Sequence record: MH460460.1
DNA length: 64,000 nucleotides
Reading direction: 5' to 3' (one strand)
The translations under genes and the position numbers were made by a program. How positions within the stretch are numbered: the first letter of the stretch is position 1; every line of letters begins with the position of its first letter. The notes under the pieces were generated by a model that was not told the origin of the DNA, searched no databases, and saw nothing but the letters and a program-made list of their open reading frames with translations. Below are positions 62,424 to 64,000 of this stretch, in pieces.

Positions 62424-62469
62424 TTTGATTCATTTTTGTTTTTAGCAAAATTCGTTAACAAAATCGCTC

Positions 62470-63618
62470 ATGGGGTTATTAGCAGTGAAACAAGATTCTT
62501 TGTCAAAATTTATTGAGACTAAACTTTTAATCAAACGGAATTCTTCTGCGTTTCGCGTTGTGTATGCGGCGACGGTGCGTTACTTAGCCTGCGGGTTTAA
62601 GTCCATCGCTGAGTATCACAGTATTCTGCAAAAGTACGTTGACTTTAATCAGTTTGAGTTCTCCGCTGCCGACTTCCGTATTCAGGTTGGATCGGTATGC
62701 CGTTTTGTCACGAACATTCGTTTTTATGCTCTATCCATTTGTCTTGCGAAGCAGGACAATTTAAAACGCGTTGTGCTTTCGTATAAAAAGTTTGGTGTGC
62801 GTCGCCGTGATGCGCAACTGATCTGGAAGCTGATGCTGGCAGATATTCGCTGCCGTAAAATGCTCTTGAAGACAGCAAAGCAAAAACACAAAACGTTGTG
62901 TGCTGCGCAAGTTAATCATCACGAATTGCAACTGCGAATGAATCAGATAAACGAACTGACAGAGGTTCTAAATAAAAACATCAAGTCGCGGGTGAAGAAG
63001 CAATTGCGTTGGGTAATGACTGCGCACAACATTACGTGGCAAGATATTGTGTGTGACGTTACGTGTAAGCTAATCGTGAGCTACTATAACAGCTTGCCGA
63101 ATGCGTACTCGTTCCAGCACCAACTGAACTATCTGCGCCGCTCGTTGGAAAATATAATTCATAACATGAACCACTATTACGCGGCGGATTGTCGCAAGCG
63201 TATGCAAAAATCTGGTGACGGTTTTGAATTGATCGTTATGTCAGACAATCAACTCAACCGCAATGTGGGTTTGGGTGATTCTGAAAATGAACGAAGCTAT
63301 GAAGATCTTGCGGAACCAACATCGGCTCCTGTAGAACAACTGGAAACTAATATCGCCATTGAACGTCTGCTTGAGAAAAATGCAGGCAAGAAGCGCGGTA
63401 AACTTTACAGTGTTGTTCTCGGACGCGATGAACACGGCTTCTCTGAATATCTGGCGCACAATAACTTATTAGGAAAACGTCTGAGTAACGGAACGGAATG
63501 GCTCGTAGCAAAACCAATCGCAACCGTGCGTAAGGTGTTGGCTAAGTGGCTTAACGTTTCGGTAGAGGCAGTGGAAAGCGGCCTCAATACTCTGAGAACT
63601 GCGTTACAGATTGCATGA
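62470..63618 (+). CDS. Divergent sigma70-like RNA polymerase sigma factor
   Basis: Region-2-like TWQDIVCDVTCKL...SF...YLRRSLENIIHN; region-4-like HTH LAKWLNVSVEAVESGLNTLR. Confidence 0.6.
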   Translation: MGLLAVKQDSLSKFIETKLLIKRNSSAFRVVYAATVRYLACGFKSIAEYHSILQKYVDFNQFEFSAADFRIQVGSVCRFVTNIRFYALSICLAKQDNLKRVVLSYKKFGVRRRDAQLIWKLMLADIRCRKMLLKTAKQKHKTLCAAQVNHHELQLRMNQINELTEVLNKNIKSRVKKQLRWVMTAHNITWQDIVCDVTCKLIVSYYNSLPNAYSFQHQLNYLRRSLENIIHNMNHYYAADCRKRMQKSGDGFELIVMSDNQLNRNVGLGDSENERSYEDLAEPTSAPVEQLETNIAIERLLEKNAGKKRGKLYSVVLGRDEHGFSEYLAHNNLLGKRLSNGTEWLVAKPIATVRKVLAKWLNVSVEAVESGLNTLRTALQIA

Positions 63619-63982
63619 GGTTACAATGTATCGTTGTCTTGATTCCGAACTTGAAAAAGCAGCTTTTACTTTATTCCCGCGCACGCTTGATACTGAATAT
63701 AAACGTGCGTTGTGTTATGTAGTTTTTCATCACGTTAAAAAGTCTAATATTGCGCAGGTGAGTCGCCTCGTTCACGATATCCATTCTAAATATGCGTACA
63801 ATCGCGAGGATATCAAAGCGGCTCTCTCTGTTTTAAAAAGTCCTTATGCGTTTCGTGCGGTTGATATGTTCATGGACAGGGATCAGAAAAATCGTCTCGT
63901 CCGTGTGGCTCGCGATGCTAATATTGCAGAGTGGCTGTCAGAAGTTGAAGAAAAATATCCGCACGTAACTTGCATGATGTAG
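63611..63982 (+). CDS. Hypothetical protein (possible winged helix)
   Basis: ORF overlapping the sigma-like gene; start may be 63626. Confidence 0.75.
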   Translation: MHEVTMYRCLDSELEKAAFTLFPRTLDTEYKRALCYVVFHHVKKSNIAQVSRLVHDIHSKYAYNREDIKAALSVLKSPYAFRAVDMFMDRDQKNRLVRVARDANIAEWLSEVEEKYPHVTCMM

Positions 63983-63989
63983 GGAACAT

Positions 63990-64000
63990 ATGGAACTTTA
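63990..64000 (+). CDS. Start of the next gene (partial)
   Basis: AGGGA RBS, then ATG GAA CTT. Confidence 0.5.

Noticed and set aside
1-64000. Assignment to a named phage genus, or identification of a phage-nucleus shell or multisubunit RNAP
   Set aside because: I recognised no such marker in this window, and taxonomy cannot be fixed without a database search

Overview
This window looks like 64 kb of a large (probably jumbo) tailed dsDNA phage genome, most likely from a phage of an enterobacterial host. The host guess is inference from a YbiI-like gene, sigma70-type promoters and apparent CCWGG avoidance. About 105 tightly packed genes all lie on the + strand, many with overlapping stop/start codons, and most are hypothetical. 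Recognisable products: two DNA methyltransferases, a NADAR/DUF6939-like protein, a GNAT-like protein, Tpt1/KptA RNA 2'-phosphotransferase, a DksA/TraR (YbiI-like) zinc-finger protein, UV-damage endonuclease, dUTPase, an SLT lytic transglycosylase, an HD phosphohydrolase, a two-subunit type IIA topoisomerase, an HNH+RHH protein and a divergent sigma70-like factor. I saw no tRNA, rRNA, CRISPR array, integrase or structural (capsid/tail) genes. Main unexplained signals: (1) ten copies of a bipartite element STCYRCAAA-N4-TGTCCAAAA, each exactly 29 nt before a -10-like hexamer, one apparently driving a ~73-nt sRNA; (2) a second intergenic motif, CTGTAAATA, that also forms arrays and hairpin loops; (3) a large set of strongly acidic and strongly basic low-complexity proteins with repeated helix-extension-helix-like modules, next to the topoisomerase. 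All assignments are by-eye motif recognition; no database searches were run.
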